Assembly: GCF_006345805.1 (NCBI RefSeq)
Contig: NC_043009.1
Span: 7,130,001 to 7,194,000 of the forward strand
Reading direction: 5' to 3'
Length of the DNA stretch: 64,000 bases
Source: Octopus sinensis
Lineage: Eukaryota
The translations under genes and the position numbers were made by a program. Below the pieces are notes generated by a model. The model searched no databases. It had not been told where the DNA came from and saw nothing but the letters and a program-made list of their open reading frames with translations. Within the stretch, counting starts at the first letter, position 1, and every line of letters begins with the position of its first letter. This document shows, piece after piece, positions 35,849-48,916 of this stretch.

Positions 35849-37059
35849 TGACTCGGGGAGAGCTTTGTCCTTTATTCATTACAACTCTCAAAGCTATACT
35901 TAGATGTATATCAGAGTGAGTCAGCTGCAATGCGATACTTACAGGTGACGCAATAGTATAAGTGTGGTAGGTATTTATATAAAAAATGGTGGTACTTAGT
36001 CATTATTTCTTCATTTCTTACGGCGACAGCTTTGATAGTGGCTTTGATATTGAACTCTCCCTCCGTTATATAGCTTTGAAATTAATTGCGGTTTTTATTT
36101 TATAGCTTAAAATATCGAAATATTCATAAAAACTATAATATTGATTTATGAAATATATTTCTACACATAACAAATAAATAGAATTTATATGTATATGTAT
36201 GTGTGTCTTTGTGTATGTGTGGGTGTGTGTGTGTGTGCGAGCGCATGTATGTGTGCATATGTATGTTTTTGTGCATGTATATATATTTTTTGTTGTTTTT
36301 TTAGAATTTACTAATCAAATTTCTCACCAATACAGAAAAAACTGTTTCTAATCTAGGAACAAATTTCTCTCATTGGAATTTAGACAGAAATCACCTACGA
36401 TGTGGCGCCTTATGTATAAATGTGTATAAATGCATGTCTGTATATGTGTGTGTGTGTGTGTATGTATGTCAGGTGTATGTGTATGAATGTACGTACATAT
36501 ATGAATATCTGAATGTAAATGTATATATATGTATGTATATAAACGGCAAAATATCTGAGTGTGTGTGTGTGGGTGTGTGTGTGTTCTTTATACAAATCCA
36601 CAATTTTTCAGTTGGAGGGTTCGCACTTTCTATGGTCATTCAAAACCGTCCAAGGGTGGTCGTGCACATCTTTACATTTCCCCAGTCACCCCGCAAAGCC
36701 ATTAAAAAAATCAATAGAAGTGACCTTTTGTGAATTTTCTATCCAAAACCCAATCAAAATGCCCGAAACTTGATACGCCAATTGAATGCCAGCTAGCTGT
36801 ATGTGGCTGGTCAGAGATTTGGACAGTACTCGCGTGTATGTGCGTATGCACGCACGCAGCTGTATATACATGCACTAGCACTATGACAATATATTATATT
36901 ATATTATATTATGTTATACTATATTATGTTATATTATATTATATTACATTATATGTATTATATACGTCTGGTACAAGTTAGAATTGGGTAAGTGTGAAGA
37001 GGAAGAGCATTGATTAACTGCGATGACTGCAAAGGTCCATTCTTTGAATATAATAACCT

Positions 37060-37270
37060 TTCTACTGTAGGTACAGGGTCTGAAATTTTGAGGAGGGGGT
37101 ATGTCGATTACACAAACCCCGGTACTTGGCTGGTACTTAATTTATTGACACTGAAAGGATGAACGGCTAAGTCGAACTCGGCGGTATTTGAACTCAGATA
37201 GTAGCGATTGGCGAAATACCGCTAAGCATTTCGTCCAGAGGGCTAACGATTCTGTCAGTTCGCCGCCTCG
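37060..37270 (-). mobile_element. Diverged SINE-A
   Basis: ...gaaaggatgaacggctaagtcgaactcggcggtatttgaactcag...gctaacgattctgtcagttcgccgcct. Confidence 0.8.
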
Positions 37271-37309
37271 ATAACAGCTCGCTGATTTATTCTTGGAATA
37301 TAATTACGA

Positions 37310-37480
37310 GTGCTTATTCGACATGAGAAAATTTGAGAACGGAGCAAAGAAAACGATTTAACCGAAGAGTATCGAATGCATAAGTTCCACTAGACCGAAT
37401 ATGTGGCAAGGTTCACAGACAACATGTGGACCCGTGCAGTTGCTGAGTGGTTTCCAAATAATCGGGAACAGCCACTAATC
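37310..37480 (+). mobile_element. RTE-clade LINE 3' ORF fragment
   Basis: IRHEKI*ERSKENDLTEEYRMHKFH*TEYVARFTDNMWTRAVAEWFPNNREQPL resembles the RTE W.GHVAR..DNRWT..V.EW.P..KRP motif. Confidence 0.75.
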
Positions 37481-37938
37481 ATGGATACCCCTCCACCCGC
37501 TAAGTTGATTACACATCAGCTATCTCTCCTTCCCCTCATCCGTCTTCCAACTGCAACTGCCCTTCCCTATTTTTCACCCCTCCATCATCCGCCTTCGTCG
37601 GACAATCCTACAGGCTTTTCGTCCCTTTCTATTCGATCCTACCGTCCTCCATTTTCCCAAACCCGCTTCCCCCTCCTTCAAATGCGCCCGTATCCAATGC
37701 AACATGCTGGTCCGTAGCTCCCTTCCGTCCCCCACATAAAATACATATCTACTGCACACACATACACTCACACACATTTCCATATTCTAGCATGTACGAC
37801 AGACTTCTCACCCACACAGATACACACACCTATACGCCGGCACACTCGTAAACATATATAACACACATACACACATACACACATAAGCACACACGTACGC
37901 ATGCACTTACACTCATTCACACACACACACATCACTTG

Positions 37939-38240
37939 TGGAGGCACATGACCTAGATGTCAGTGCAGCGGATTCGCGGTCGAGGGATCGCGGTTTCGAA
38001 TCTCAGACCGGGCGATGTGTGTGTTTATAAGCGAAACACTTAAGCTCTACACGGCTCCGGCAGAAGGTAATGGCGAACTTGTGCTGATACTTTCGCCACT
38101 ACTTTCTCTCACTCTTTCCTCCTGCATTTAGCAGCTCACCTGCGAGGGACCGGCGTCCCATCCAGGTGGGGAACCTATACGCCAAGAAACCGGGAAACCG
38201 GCCCTTATGAGCCAGGCATGGCTCGAGAAGAAGCAAACAA
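37939..38240 (+). mobile_element. SINE-C with tail beta
   Basis: Homologous to 24637-24912, ending gagccaggcatggctcgagaag. Confidence 0.85.
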
Positions 38241-38404
38241 CACACATAAACTTACACAAGCACAAACGCACACGCACACACACAAACACATATATACTAC
38301 CATGTCACGTAGCACTCAATAATATAGAAACACGCAAATCGCACCCTGCAGCCGCATACACATACCGGAAAACATATATTCACATATACACTACACACAT
38401 ACAG

Positions 38405-38730
38405 TGGAGGCGCAATGGCCCAGTGGTTAGGGCAGCGGACTCGCGATCGTAGGATCGCGGTTTCGATTCCCAGGCCGGGCGTTGTGAGTGTTTATTGAGG
38501 GAAATCACCTAAAGCTCCACGAGGCTCCGGCAGGGATGATGGTGATCCTTGTTTTACTCTTTCACCACAACTTTCTCTCACTCTTACTTCCTGTTTCTGT
38601 TGTACCTGTATTTCAAAGGGCCGGCCTTGTCACTCTCTGTGTCACGCTTACACGTTAATTTCACGAGCAGGCTGTTCTGTTGATCGGATCAACCGGAACC
38701 CTCGTCGTCGTAACCGACGGAGTGCTTCCA
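38405..38730 (+). mobile_element. SINE-C with tail gamma (internal deletion)
   Basis: A-box tggcccagtgg, B-box gtttcgattcc, tail cctgtatttcaaagggccggccttgtc...gtcgtaaccgacggagtgc. Confidence 0.88.
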
Positions 38731-38804
38731 TCCACACACATAAAAGCATGTCATTTACATACTCTAACTCACATACACACACACTCACGCTTAATGGCTA
38801 CTTT

Positions 38805-39090
38805 TACACGGAGTGGTTAGCGCGTCGGGCTCACAGTAATAGGGTAATGGTTTCGATACCTGAACTGAGCTGTATGATTTGTTCTTCAGCAAGACTCTTT
38901 ATCTCACGTTGCTCCATTTCATTTAGATGTACAAATGAGTTGTGACATCACAGGTGCCTTTGCCTTTCCCTTGGGAGGCTGGTATGCATGGCCGACTGCT
39001 GGTCTTCCATAAATAACATTACCGGGCCATGTGCCTTGGACGGGAACTTTCTTCATGCAATCCTGCGGCCATAAATGACAGAAGGGGGTG
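38805..39090 (+). mobile_element. Old SINE-D-like copy with another tail
   Basis: agtggttagcgcgtcgggctcac...gtttcgatacctg...atctcacgttgctcc; diverged. Confidence 0.55.
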
Positions 39091-39279
39091 TTCCCCCTTT
39101 ACCTTCTACAACCACATTATGTACATCTCTCTACCTTCCAGTCAGCAATATTTCGACCAAATAACGACAAACATGCTCTACTCAGATTATTTTCTTCTAC
39201 CTCTTTTTCCTCCCCTCGAAAGTCTTTCCGATGGATTTGATGTTCGGAAAGTCAATTTCAATATTTATTTTGCCATTTA

Positions 39280-39478
39280 AACCTTTCACTGAGCGGAAAC
39301 TGAAAGACACCTTTTTTCTCTCCTTGTTTCTTTTCTGTGTAGCTTTCTGTCGAAGAGCGTAGGCTCGAAACGTAAAAGACTTTTTCTATTTCTATTCCTG
39401 AGCGCCATACTAATACATTTGTTTGTTTGTACTCCACCTGCCTTCGTCTTTTGTTTATTTTCGCAAACCTTCCCGTTA
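39280..39478 (+). mobile_element. PLE-derived repeat with hammerhead-like motif (39343-39378)
   Basis: cttt-CTGTCGA-a-gagc(gtag)gctc-GAAA-C-GTA-aaag; homologous to 26190-26350. Confidence 0.65.
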
Positions 39479-40162
39479 TATATATATATATGTACAGAAG
39501 AATAAAAGAATATATATATATATATATGCATGTATGCATATATATATAAATATATACATACATATATATGTATATATATATATGTCTATTAACATGGATT
39601 ATTATAAAACATGATATTAAAAAGCAACTTTTTTTCACTATTTAAGAATTCTTGTTATTGACCTGTTATATTTATATCCAATGAACAGATACGAATGAGA
39701 AAGCATCCGCGAGGTCGTCTGACAGTCTAGATATAACAGAATGATCTCTCTAACATCGCAGCCTACTTTATAAGAACAAAAACATTAGATAATGTTTCTG
39801 AAAATGAACTGAGGAAAAAGAAAAAAAATGAAGGTGAAATTATCGGTGTAATGGCATCTAATCATAGTTTTGCTTGAGTAGAGACGACTATGGACAAAAT
39901 ATGATATTATTACGTTTTTAATGTGCATTTACATAAAACTCAAATAATATTCCGCTATCCTTTCTCTGATGTAGATGGAATAGAAAAGGCATAGATTTAC
40001 ATACATATATATCTAGTGTCGAACTTATTTTAAAAGTGCATCGTACTGCCGCTCTATAAAGCCAATGTTAAAGTCTACATAATGTGACAGATCAAAAGAG
40101 CAAATAAATAGCTGTTTCTTTTTAAATATTTATATAGATTTATATATACGTATGTATGTATG

Positions 40163-40196
<34 letters not shown>

Positions 40197-40198
40197 TG

Positions 40199-40260
<62 letters not shown>

Positions 40261-40274
40261 TGTATGTATGTATT

Positions 40275-40642
40275 TCTCATTCTCATTTACTTGTTTCAGT
40301 CACTTGACTGTGGCCATGCTATAGCACCGCCTATAGTCGAAGAAATCGAACCCAGGACTTATTCTTTGTAAGCCTAGTACTTGTTCTATCGGTCTCTTTT
40401 GCTGAACCGCTAAGTTTCGGGGATGTAAACACACTAGCATCGGTTGTCAAGCGATGTTGGGGGGAGGGACAAACACAGACACACAAACATACACATATAT
40501 ACGACGGGCTTCTTTCAGTTTCCGTCTACCAAATCGACTCACTATAACAGAAGACACTTGCCCAAGATGTTACGCAGTGGGACTGAACCCGGAACCATGT
40601 GGTTCGTAAGAAAGCTACTTACCACACAGCCACTCCTACGCT
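40275..40642 (-). mobile_element. SINE-B with internal deletion
   Basis: SINE-B motifs, preceded by (TATG)n at 40150-40272. Confidence 0.85.
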
Positions 40643-41069
40643 TAAGAGAATTTGGTTGTGTATTTGGTTGTGCAATGTACTGTCATAGATAGTTATACCA
40701 CAGAAAAAATACCACAGAAAATATATTTCGATGAACTCTGTTGGTTTAAGGATTGAGCGTAGATGTAGAAATGTGTACGAAATGCTTCGACGTTTCCGAT
40801 ATTTGTGCTTCTTCAGAGTAGAAAGGAGAATCGTAGGGTCAATGATGGAAAGTGAAATTGTGAGTAGTCTTTTATTCTTTTACTTCTTTCGGTCATTTGA
40901 CTGTGGCCATGCTTGAGCAAGAACATTTTATAATTGCTAAAAAATAATTCTAATTGAGATATGGTGACCACTTAAACAAAAAATGGGTTGACGTGACGTT
41001 GTAAAAGAGGCGACAAGAAGGGAAGCTGGATGGATGATTGGTTACATGAATCGGAATGTTTTTGAACCT

Positions 41070-41340
41070 GGCAACTGAGACGCCATCGGTAACGATGTCG
41101 ACTGTTCCGGTTGATCTCATCAGCGGATGAGCCTGCACGTGAAATTAATATGCAGGTGGCTGACAACCGCAATGATACGCATACTCTTAACGGTGATCAC
41201 GGAGAGCATCAGCATTACATAGAATGTCACAAGGCAGGCTCTTTGAAATACATGCATACTACTTAATTTTGCCAGCTGAGCATAAGGACAAAAGGTACCT
41301 TTGAGCATACGGACAATTCTCCAGTTTATCCCCAACATGT
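41070..41340 (-). mobile_element. Old SINE (D-type core plus tail gamma), diverged
   Basis: Reverse complement ctcagctggcaaaattaagtag...gtatttcaaagagcctgccttgtgac...ttaatttcacgtgcaggctc...gatcaaccggaac matches tail gamma. Confidence 0.65.
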
Positions 41341-41639
41341 CTTTATATTTTTATATTCTACTATATTTTTTTATATTTTTAAATTTATATTTATACAGAT
41401 ATATAATTCCTTTTATATCACTTAAAATCCTTTAAAATGTTTTAGCCCGAAGGCCGCGGCCGTTGTTTACATATTTTTATTTTATTTATATTTAAATTTT
41501 TTATATTTTATATATCTACATGTATCCGTATTTGACTACATCACAAACGCTTTCCATACATACATACATACATACATACATACATACATACATACATACA
41601 TACATACATGTATTTGTATCATAAATCCCAGTCTGGGTG

Positions 41640-41950
41640 GTTTGTGTGTGTTTATTAAGCGAAAACGCCTAAGGTTCCACGTGGATCCGACATGGGGGGT
41701 TGTGGTGAACCCTGCTTTACTCTTTTGCCACATCTTTCACACTTTCTTCTCACACTTTCTTCCTGCTTCTGTTGTACCTGTATTTCAGCCTGTTCACAAT
41801 CTATGTCACGCTGAATCTCCCCGAGAACTACATTAAGGGTACACGTGTTTGTAGAGTGTTCAGCCACTTGCACGCTAATGTCACGAGCAGGCTGTTCCGT
41901 TGAAGAGATCAACTGGAACCCTCGTCGTCGTAGCCGACGGAGTGCCACAG
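41640..41950 (+). mobile_element. 5'-truncated SINE-C with tail gamma
   Basis: gtgtgtttattaagcgaaaacgcctaag...cacgagcaggctgttccgttg...gtcgtagccgacggagtgcc. Confidence 0.85.
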
Positions 41951-42814
41951 CTGCATCATAAAGTTAAATTAACACAGGGACTAATGTAACCAATAACCGA
42001 AGACTAGATTCAATATACTTAAATTGGAATACAAAGCTGATTGTTTTTTTTTTCCATAGGAGTTCGATGATTATACGAAACTTACTATGCTGTAAACACA
42101 GAGATTAGCAAATTTCCAGCAAAATTTCAAAACGTATGTAGAAAGAATTTTATTGAATGGTAGAAGGCACATAAAAATTAGAATTCAGATATGTTTTCTC
42201 TTTCCGAACTCAACAATGCTACGTGAAAGCAATAGGTTCTTGTTAATTCATTCTGGAGTTTCATTATTAAAAATTGGTGTCCTTCCGGAATATTTAGTAA
42301 TTCCTTTAAAATTACCTTGTTCGCTCTGCCCCAGTTTTATATACCCAAACTTTCCTACAGTTTTTAAAGATAAGCACTCTGTGATGTTACCATTGACAGG
42401 GTGCGAACTATCAACGTTTCGATTGGTAAGCTTACAAACTTTTGATGAATATACATGTGATTCACTTTAAATTTGCACGGAGAAAAAAATTCAAAAATAA
42501 GGGAAGTTAGTGAGAGAAGATAAATGAGAGACTGTGCAGGGTAGTTATAATTACGTTAATATTATTAACTTCGTTCATGGTAGATGGGGATTTAGTATTG
42601 CATTTGAAGTGATGGTTGGGAAGCTTTTCTCATTTTTTTGTTTGTTTTTGTTTTAGCTGATGCTGTTGTTGATGCTGATGCTGATGGTGTTGATGATGTT
42701 ATCGTTGTATTCCATGAGACATTCTGACTTTCTGTTTGTGCTACTGCTATTTCATTATTTCATATATCAATGTTATCACCTGATGCTATGTCATATGTGT
42801 GTGTGTGCAGATGC

Positions 42815-42875
<61 letters not shown>

Positions 42876-45800
42876 TACACATATCTATATACACACACAT
42901 GTATCCATATATATACATATATACCACACACATATATATATATATATATATACATATATATATACATATATATACACACACACACATACACATATATATA
43001 TATACATATAGTTATATACATATATATGTGTGTGTGTGTGTGTCTGTGTATTAGATTATTAAAGATTTTTATAATTAATCATCAGAAAAATTTGTTTTAA
43101 TTAACTATTCTTTGATATGTTCTAGGAAAATAACCCAAACGTTTACATATTTATATTTATTTATTTGTATGCTTATTTAAACATTTATTTGTTTCGTAAT
43201 TGTTTCGTTATTTTATTTACTTTTTATTTTTATATATTTTTTTTCTGTTTGTTTTGTCAAGTTTATTTCAGAAGATCTGATTTCAACAAATTTGTAAACA
43301 GAATTTTCACTATTTTTAAAGTCTTCACACAAAACAAATAAGTGAATAAGACCGAGCAGTTTTGTCTGATTCCATTCCATTTTATTCCGTACCATCTCTC
43401 GTAGAGTTAATTAGAGTCCTTTAGGATTTCTCAGAAACCTTTCAAATCCTATGCCAATATCTTTGAAACAATGATGTCATTAAATAGCTAATTAACTTCA
43501 ACGTGTTCTTCTTTCCAATTCTATCTAGATTATATTCATTTTTCCTTTCATTACCGTCATGTTTTTCTGTATAGCATTCCCTTGTAGCTTTCTTTCCTTC
43601 TTTTCTTGTTTGCTTTTCTAGTTATTCCTCTTTTACGTAAAACTTATATTTTCGAGGTCTCATTGTTCTTCATGTTCTTGCTATTTTTCATGATAATTCT
43701 AATAACGCTGCTGCTGTTACTTCTAGTGATGTTAATACTGGTAGCTGTAATTGTGTGGAGGTGGTGGAGGTGGTTTGATCAATAATGGCGGTGATGGTGG
43801 CTGTGGGTGTAGTAATGATCGCAATGAAATTGGTTCTTATTATATTGCTGTTAATTTAGTTGTTATTTTTCCTTTGCTTATTTTCATCTGAATGTTTTAA
43901 TAATGTTTAGTTTTCGGAACCAAAACTTTCCATATTATTTTTCTCCTTCTCATAGCATACTTAATTAATTTCAGATTTGCATGTTAATTATTTCTTTCTG
44001 CATTTTTTTCATGATGTAAACTAGCTAAATACAATAATTATTATATTATTATTATCATCATTTTTATTATCAATATTATTGAAGTTTTATTATCAATATC
44101 GGTATTATTAATATTATTATTTTTGAATATTATTATAAATATTTGTATCATTATGTTGAGGTTGTTCTTATTGTGATTGTTATTGTTGTAGATGATGATG
44201 GTGGTGGTGTTGGTGGTGTTGGTGGTGGTGGTAATTAAGGTGGCGGTTGTGGAGTTGGTGCCTTTGTTCTTAATGTGGATGATTTGGATAGTTATGAAGA
44301 CGGCTGTCATATTAGTTAAAATTTCATTAATGTTCATAAAAATGATAATGTTAACAAGTAATAAAAATAACGAAAATCATAATAAAATTCTTGTTAATAT
44401 ATTATTTAAATGTGAGAGAAGTAAAATTTTGTGTTCGTATACATACATACATACATACATATATATGCATTTATATGTATAAATATATAAACATATGTAC
44501 ACGCACGCACACGCACAGATGCATATACGCGTATAGATAGATAAATATATATATATATAGAGAGAGAGAGAGGTGATTCATAGAAGATTGTTATGGAACT
44601 TTAAAAAATGTTGCGCACACACTCCCTCATAAATGCGTAGAGATAATATATAAATGCTTGTTTATGTGTATGTCTGCATAAATATATATGCAGATGTATA
44701 TGCATATATACATATACACACATAGGTTTACCTGGAGAATTCTATAACAAAAAGTATCAGAAAGTATGCGGATCAGATGAGCTGGTACCGTTAACACGAA
44801 ATCTTATAAACAGTTTTTCCATAAATAAATTATCTTGTTTTAATTCTACTTCAAATGGATGATAAAATATTTGAGAAATTATAAACTTGCCCATCATATG
44901 ACAATGATCTTGATATCATTGGAAAGTGAAAACCATCTAATTAGCCTTCAACATTTTATTCCCAATTATTAGCATGTTTCAAATTCCCAACAGGACTACA
45001 GTATCGAAATATTTGATATGGCTATCTGTTATGTCCCTCTGTCTTCCTTTCCTTCTAAATTTCTCATATTTTCATACGTCCCTTGTTCTTTGGGGAATTT
45101 TTTTAATATATATTTGAATTTGTGTTTTTGTTATTTGCTTGTGAGTGCGTATGTTTGTGTTTCTGTGTATGTATGTTTGTGTGTGTGTGTGTGTATGTTT
45201 GTGTGTGTGGTGTGTGTGTGTGTCTTTTGTGTATTCATTACTTTCTACATTTCATTGGTTTTCTCCTCTGCAGTGCTTAACAGTGAAGATATTCCCATAA
45301 AATGCAGCTGTAAAACCTCAGGTAGAACAATACCACACCATCATCAATTAGCCATTACAGAACAAAGCTGCAGAGAAAATAATTAAAACCAGAGATTAAA
45401 ACGCTCTTCAAAAATTGTTAAAGCAAGCTGGATTTTTTTAAATTATTTTTCTCTGAATATTTATTTTTATTATTATTATATTTTTGTAGCAAAGTAAAAT
45501 TTTAACAAAAAGAAATACAATACCTGATTTAAAACTCCGCAAGGAGAAATCCTACATAAATTTCACAAAAAAATTCATTTATTTTTTCTGTATTTTCTTT
45601 ACTTAATTATATGCTCCGATATTTAGTTTTTATCTTTGAAAAAATGCTATAGGGTATATCGTTCAAAGAAATTCTGCAGGAAAATACTTTTTCTCAGCCT
45701 AGAAAAAAATCGCTCTTAATTATATTCTTATTGTTATTTCTATCATATATTTCTCATTGAGCTTGTAGAATACACTGCACATTATATAGGATATTGAAAA

Positions 45801-46599
45801 CCTACTAGTACTTGGGAAAAATAAAACCAATTTACAAAAAATCTCATGCTGCGAATTTATAACCTCCGGTTATAATTGTATTTTAAGACTTCCCACTAAT
45901 TCATTTAGCTATTTTTCAAAATAAAAATAATAATCCTGAATAAACTAAAGTAAAAATAAATTGGAATAACATTTCATTTCTCGAAAAAAGGGAGGAAAAT
46001 AAATAACTATATATATTAAAGATTTAATTTCTATGTTCAGGTTTCGTGGTTGATTTGCTCCGGTGAAATTAATTACTTCGAATAATTATTCTTGAGTTAA
46101 TAATGTCTTGGTATAAACATTGAACCATATCTTTTAAAAGGCGAACAATTGTTATAATTTTAAATATGAAGTCCTCCTTATTCAGCATGTGTCTAAGTTC
46201 ATAATTTTGAGGTTTTTCTTCATAGAAAAGAATCTATAATAGACAAAAAAAAACAAAACAATCAGCAAATATTGAGTGTTGGTGTATGTCAAGTCTTTTA
46301 TTTAACGTTTACGAAGAAAAATAAAATAAAAAAGAACCGGAAAACATGAAAACTCCCTCCCCCTCGTTTGCATAGAATCAAATAAGAGTGAATGAGATTT
46401 TAATAATTTTGCACAGTTACTAAAATTTCGAATGCCATGTGCAGATCATTTTGTTCACGGATATTATTGTTTGCTTCATTCTCTTCTAATCTCTTCTATA
46501 AGCTTTCTCAATGGATGGGCAATTAGAAACACAATTTAATTGCCGTCAAGCTGTACAGAATCATATCATATTATTGGTTTTAAATTATGCCAGAATTTC

Positions 46600-47660
46600 A
46601 GAGGGAGTAGGCTAGCTGATAATAGACCTCCCACCCCGATGTTCAACTGGTACTTATTTTATCGACCCCAAAAAGGAATGAAAAGGCAAAGTCGGCCTCA
46701 CCGGAATTTGAACTCAGAATGTAAAGACTGACGAAATGCTGCTAAGCGTTTTGTCCATCTTACAAACGATTCTGTCCGTTTGTCGTCGTGCATCATAGTA
46801 TATTATGAATAAAGTTTGGAACACCTATTTCACAATATTCTACTAAGGTAAAGTCGAAAGATTGCGGGTGTGGAATAAACTTTTAATGTACCTCTTTTAC
46901 TCTTCTACTTGTTTCAGTCACTTGACTGTGGCCATGCTGGAGCACCGCCTTTAGTCCACCAAATCGCCCCCAGGACTTATTCTTTATAAGCCTAGTACTT
47001 GTTCTATAGGTCTCTTTTACCGTAACGCTAAGTTACGGGGACGTAAACGCACCAGCATCGGTTGTCAAGCGATGTTGGGGGACAAATACAGATACACAAA
47101 CATATACACACATATACATGCATACGACGGGCTTCTTTCTGTTTCCGCCTACCAAATCAATTCACAAGGCTTTGGTCTGCCCGAGGCTATAGTAAAAGAC
47201 ACCTACCCAAGATGAACTCAGAACTATGTGGTTCGTTAGTAAGCTACCTACCACACAGCCACTCCTACGCCTATGCCACTCCTATGCCTATAACTTGTTT
47301 AATTCTGATTTTTGGCAGAGGACCAGCAATTTTGATGGGCGAGATAAATCGATTATATCGACACCTATACACAACTGGTATGTATTTTATCGTCCACAGA
47401 AAGAATGATGGCAAATCGACCTCGACGACAATTGTATGTACTTTTTTGATATTGGTTTTAAGTTTTGGTACAATACAACAATTACGGTGGAAAGGATGAG
47501 TCAGTTACGTAAACCGTAGAGTTAAATATGTTTCTTATTTCAGCGACACCCGAAAGGATAAATGGACAAAATCGACCTCCGTGGAATTTGAACTCAGAAT
47601 GTAGAGATGGACGAAATGCCACTAAGCACTTTGACAATTATGCTAACAATTCTGCCGCCT
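46600..47660 (-). mobile_element. Cluster: diverged SINE-A (46600-46790), SINE-B (46895-47290), SINE-A fragments (47305-47430, 47540-47660)
   Basis: Family motifs are recognisable on the minus strand. Confidence 0.8.
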
Positions 47661-48018
47661 CATACCTATGCAATATTATCTGTGTGAAAGGGAGCGATTA
47701 CTTACTGCGTATATTTCCTAGTTAGTATTGGGAATGTTTCATTTATGAGAAAGTGATCCTCTATTTGTCTGAGTGTTGGGTCCTTTGGGTGCTTAGATAA
47801 AATGCGGATGTCAAGTTGTCACAGGTTGCCTCCACGTCAATTTAGAATAATAACAACAGCAACAATATTAATAATAATAATAATATATAATCATCATCAT
47901 CATCATCATCATTATTATTATTATTATTATTATTATTCAAGAATATTAAAAGCTCTATATATTATTTCTGATAATGTCAACAGGAAGTTACTAAAGCTTA
48001 GTGTTAGGAAAGTGTGTG

Positions 48019-48062
<44 letters not shown>

Positions 48063-48217
48063 GTGAAATAGAAAGATGAATAATCTTGTAGTAGATTAAT
48101 CAAAAGTTTAACCGATACCTTAGTAGCAAAAATCACAGCAGTAAACAGCACGGTTGGAGGTACAACCATATGGTGTTGCAACCGTGCGTTGGTGCGGATA
48201 ATTGAAATTAAAATATT

Positions 48218-48528
48218 ATTGGTGAATTGAAGAAATGGAGCTGAACGCAGATTGAACAGAAATCGTTTTATTTCATTCTACACGTGTTTCGAAAGGCACA
48301 AGAGTTTCGCCATGGGCTCTTGGGAGCCTAGTTCGATTTGTTTTTGCTCCGCCTCTGTTCTGTTTTTGTTTTTTCCAACGGATTTCCTATTTTCTTCCTG
48401 AAGAGAAAGACACAATATGGTCCCATTATTCAATCGGATTTTGGTAAATTGTGCCTTTCGAAACACGTGTAGAATGAAATAAAACGATTTCTGTTCAATC
48501 TGCGTTCAGCTCCATTCTTCAATTCACC

Positions 48529-48531
<3 letters not shown>
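48218..48531. mobile_element. PLE-type inverted pseudo-LTR structure: 84/83-bp inverted repeat around a 147-bp spacer
   Basis: 48218-48301 is the reverse complement of 48449-48531 except for one A indel. The right arm carries the 3' half of a hammerhead. Confidence 0.75.
48389..48480 (+). ncRNA. Type-I hammerhead ribozyme with canonical core
   Basis: Stem I attttcttc/gaatgaaat; CTGAAGA at 48398-48404; stem II gaaagacacaa/ttgtgcctttc (10 of 11 pairs, 33-nt loop); GAAA at 48460-48463; palindromic CACGTG; GUA cleavage triplet, predicted cut after 48471. Confidence 0.75.
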
Positions 48532-48587
<56 letters not shown>

Positions 48588-48883
48588 ATATTCATATATA
48601 CATATATATATATATTCATATATATATATATATTATGTATATATTCATGTATACATATATATATTCATATATACATACATACACACACACACACACACGA
48701 ATATATATGTATGTGTGTGTGTAGATAGACAGATAGACAAACAGACAGACAGACAGATAGATATTGCTACACAGACTTATATATAAGTATATATGAACAT
48801 ACATATGCATGTAAATGGAGATACACTCACACACATACACACTCACACATGTATACACAAAATGATTCGATCTGATATATAAA

Positions 48884-48916
<33 letters not shown>

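Noticed and set aside
38405-38480. tRNA-like sequence with A and B boxes
   Set aside because: It lacks a closing acceptor stem and continues into SINE body and tail. It is a SINE head, as are its other copies.
44570-44830. Faint similarity to the 33.9-kb mariner derivative (gatcagatgag...atcttataaac)
   Set aside because: Too degenerate to delimit; no second TIR or readable transposase frame.
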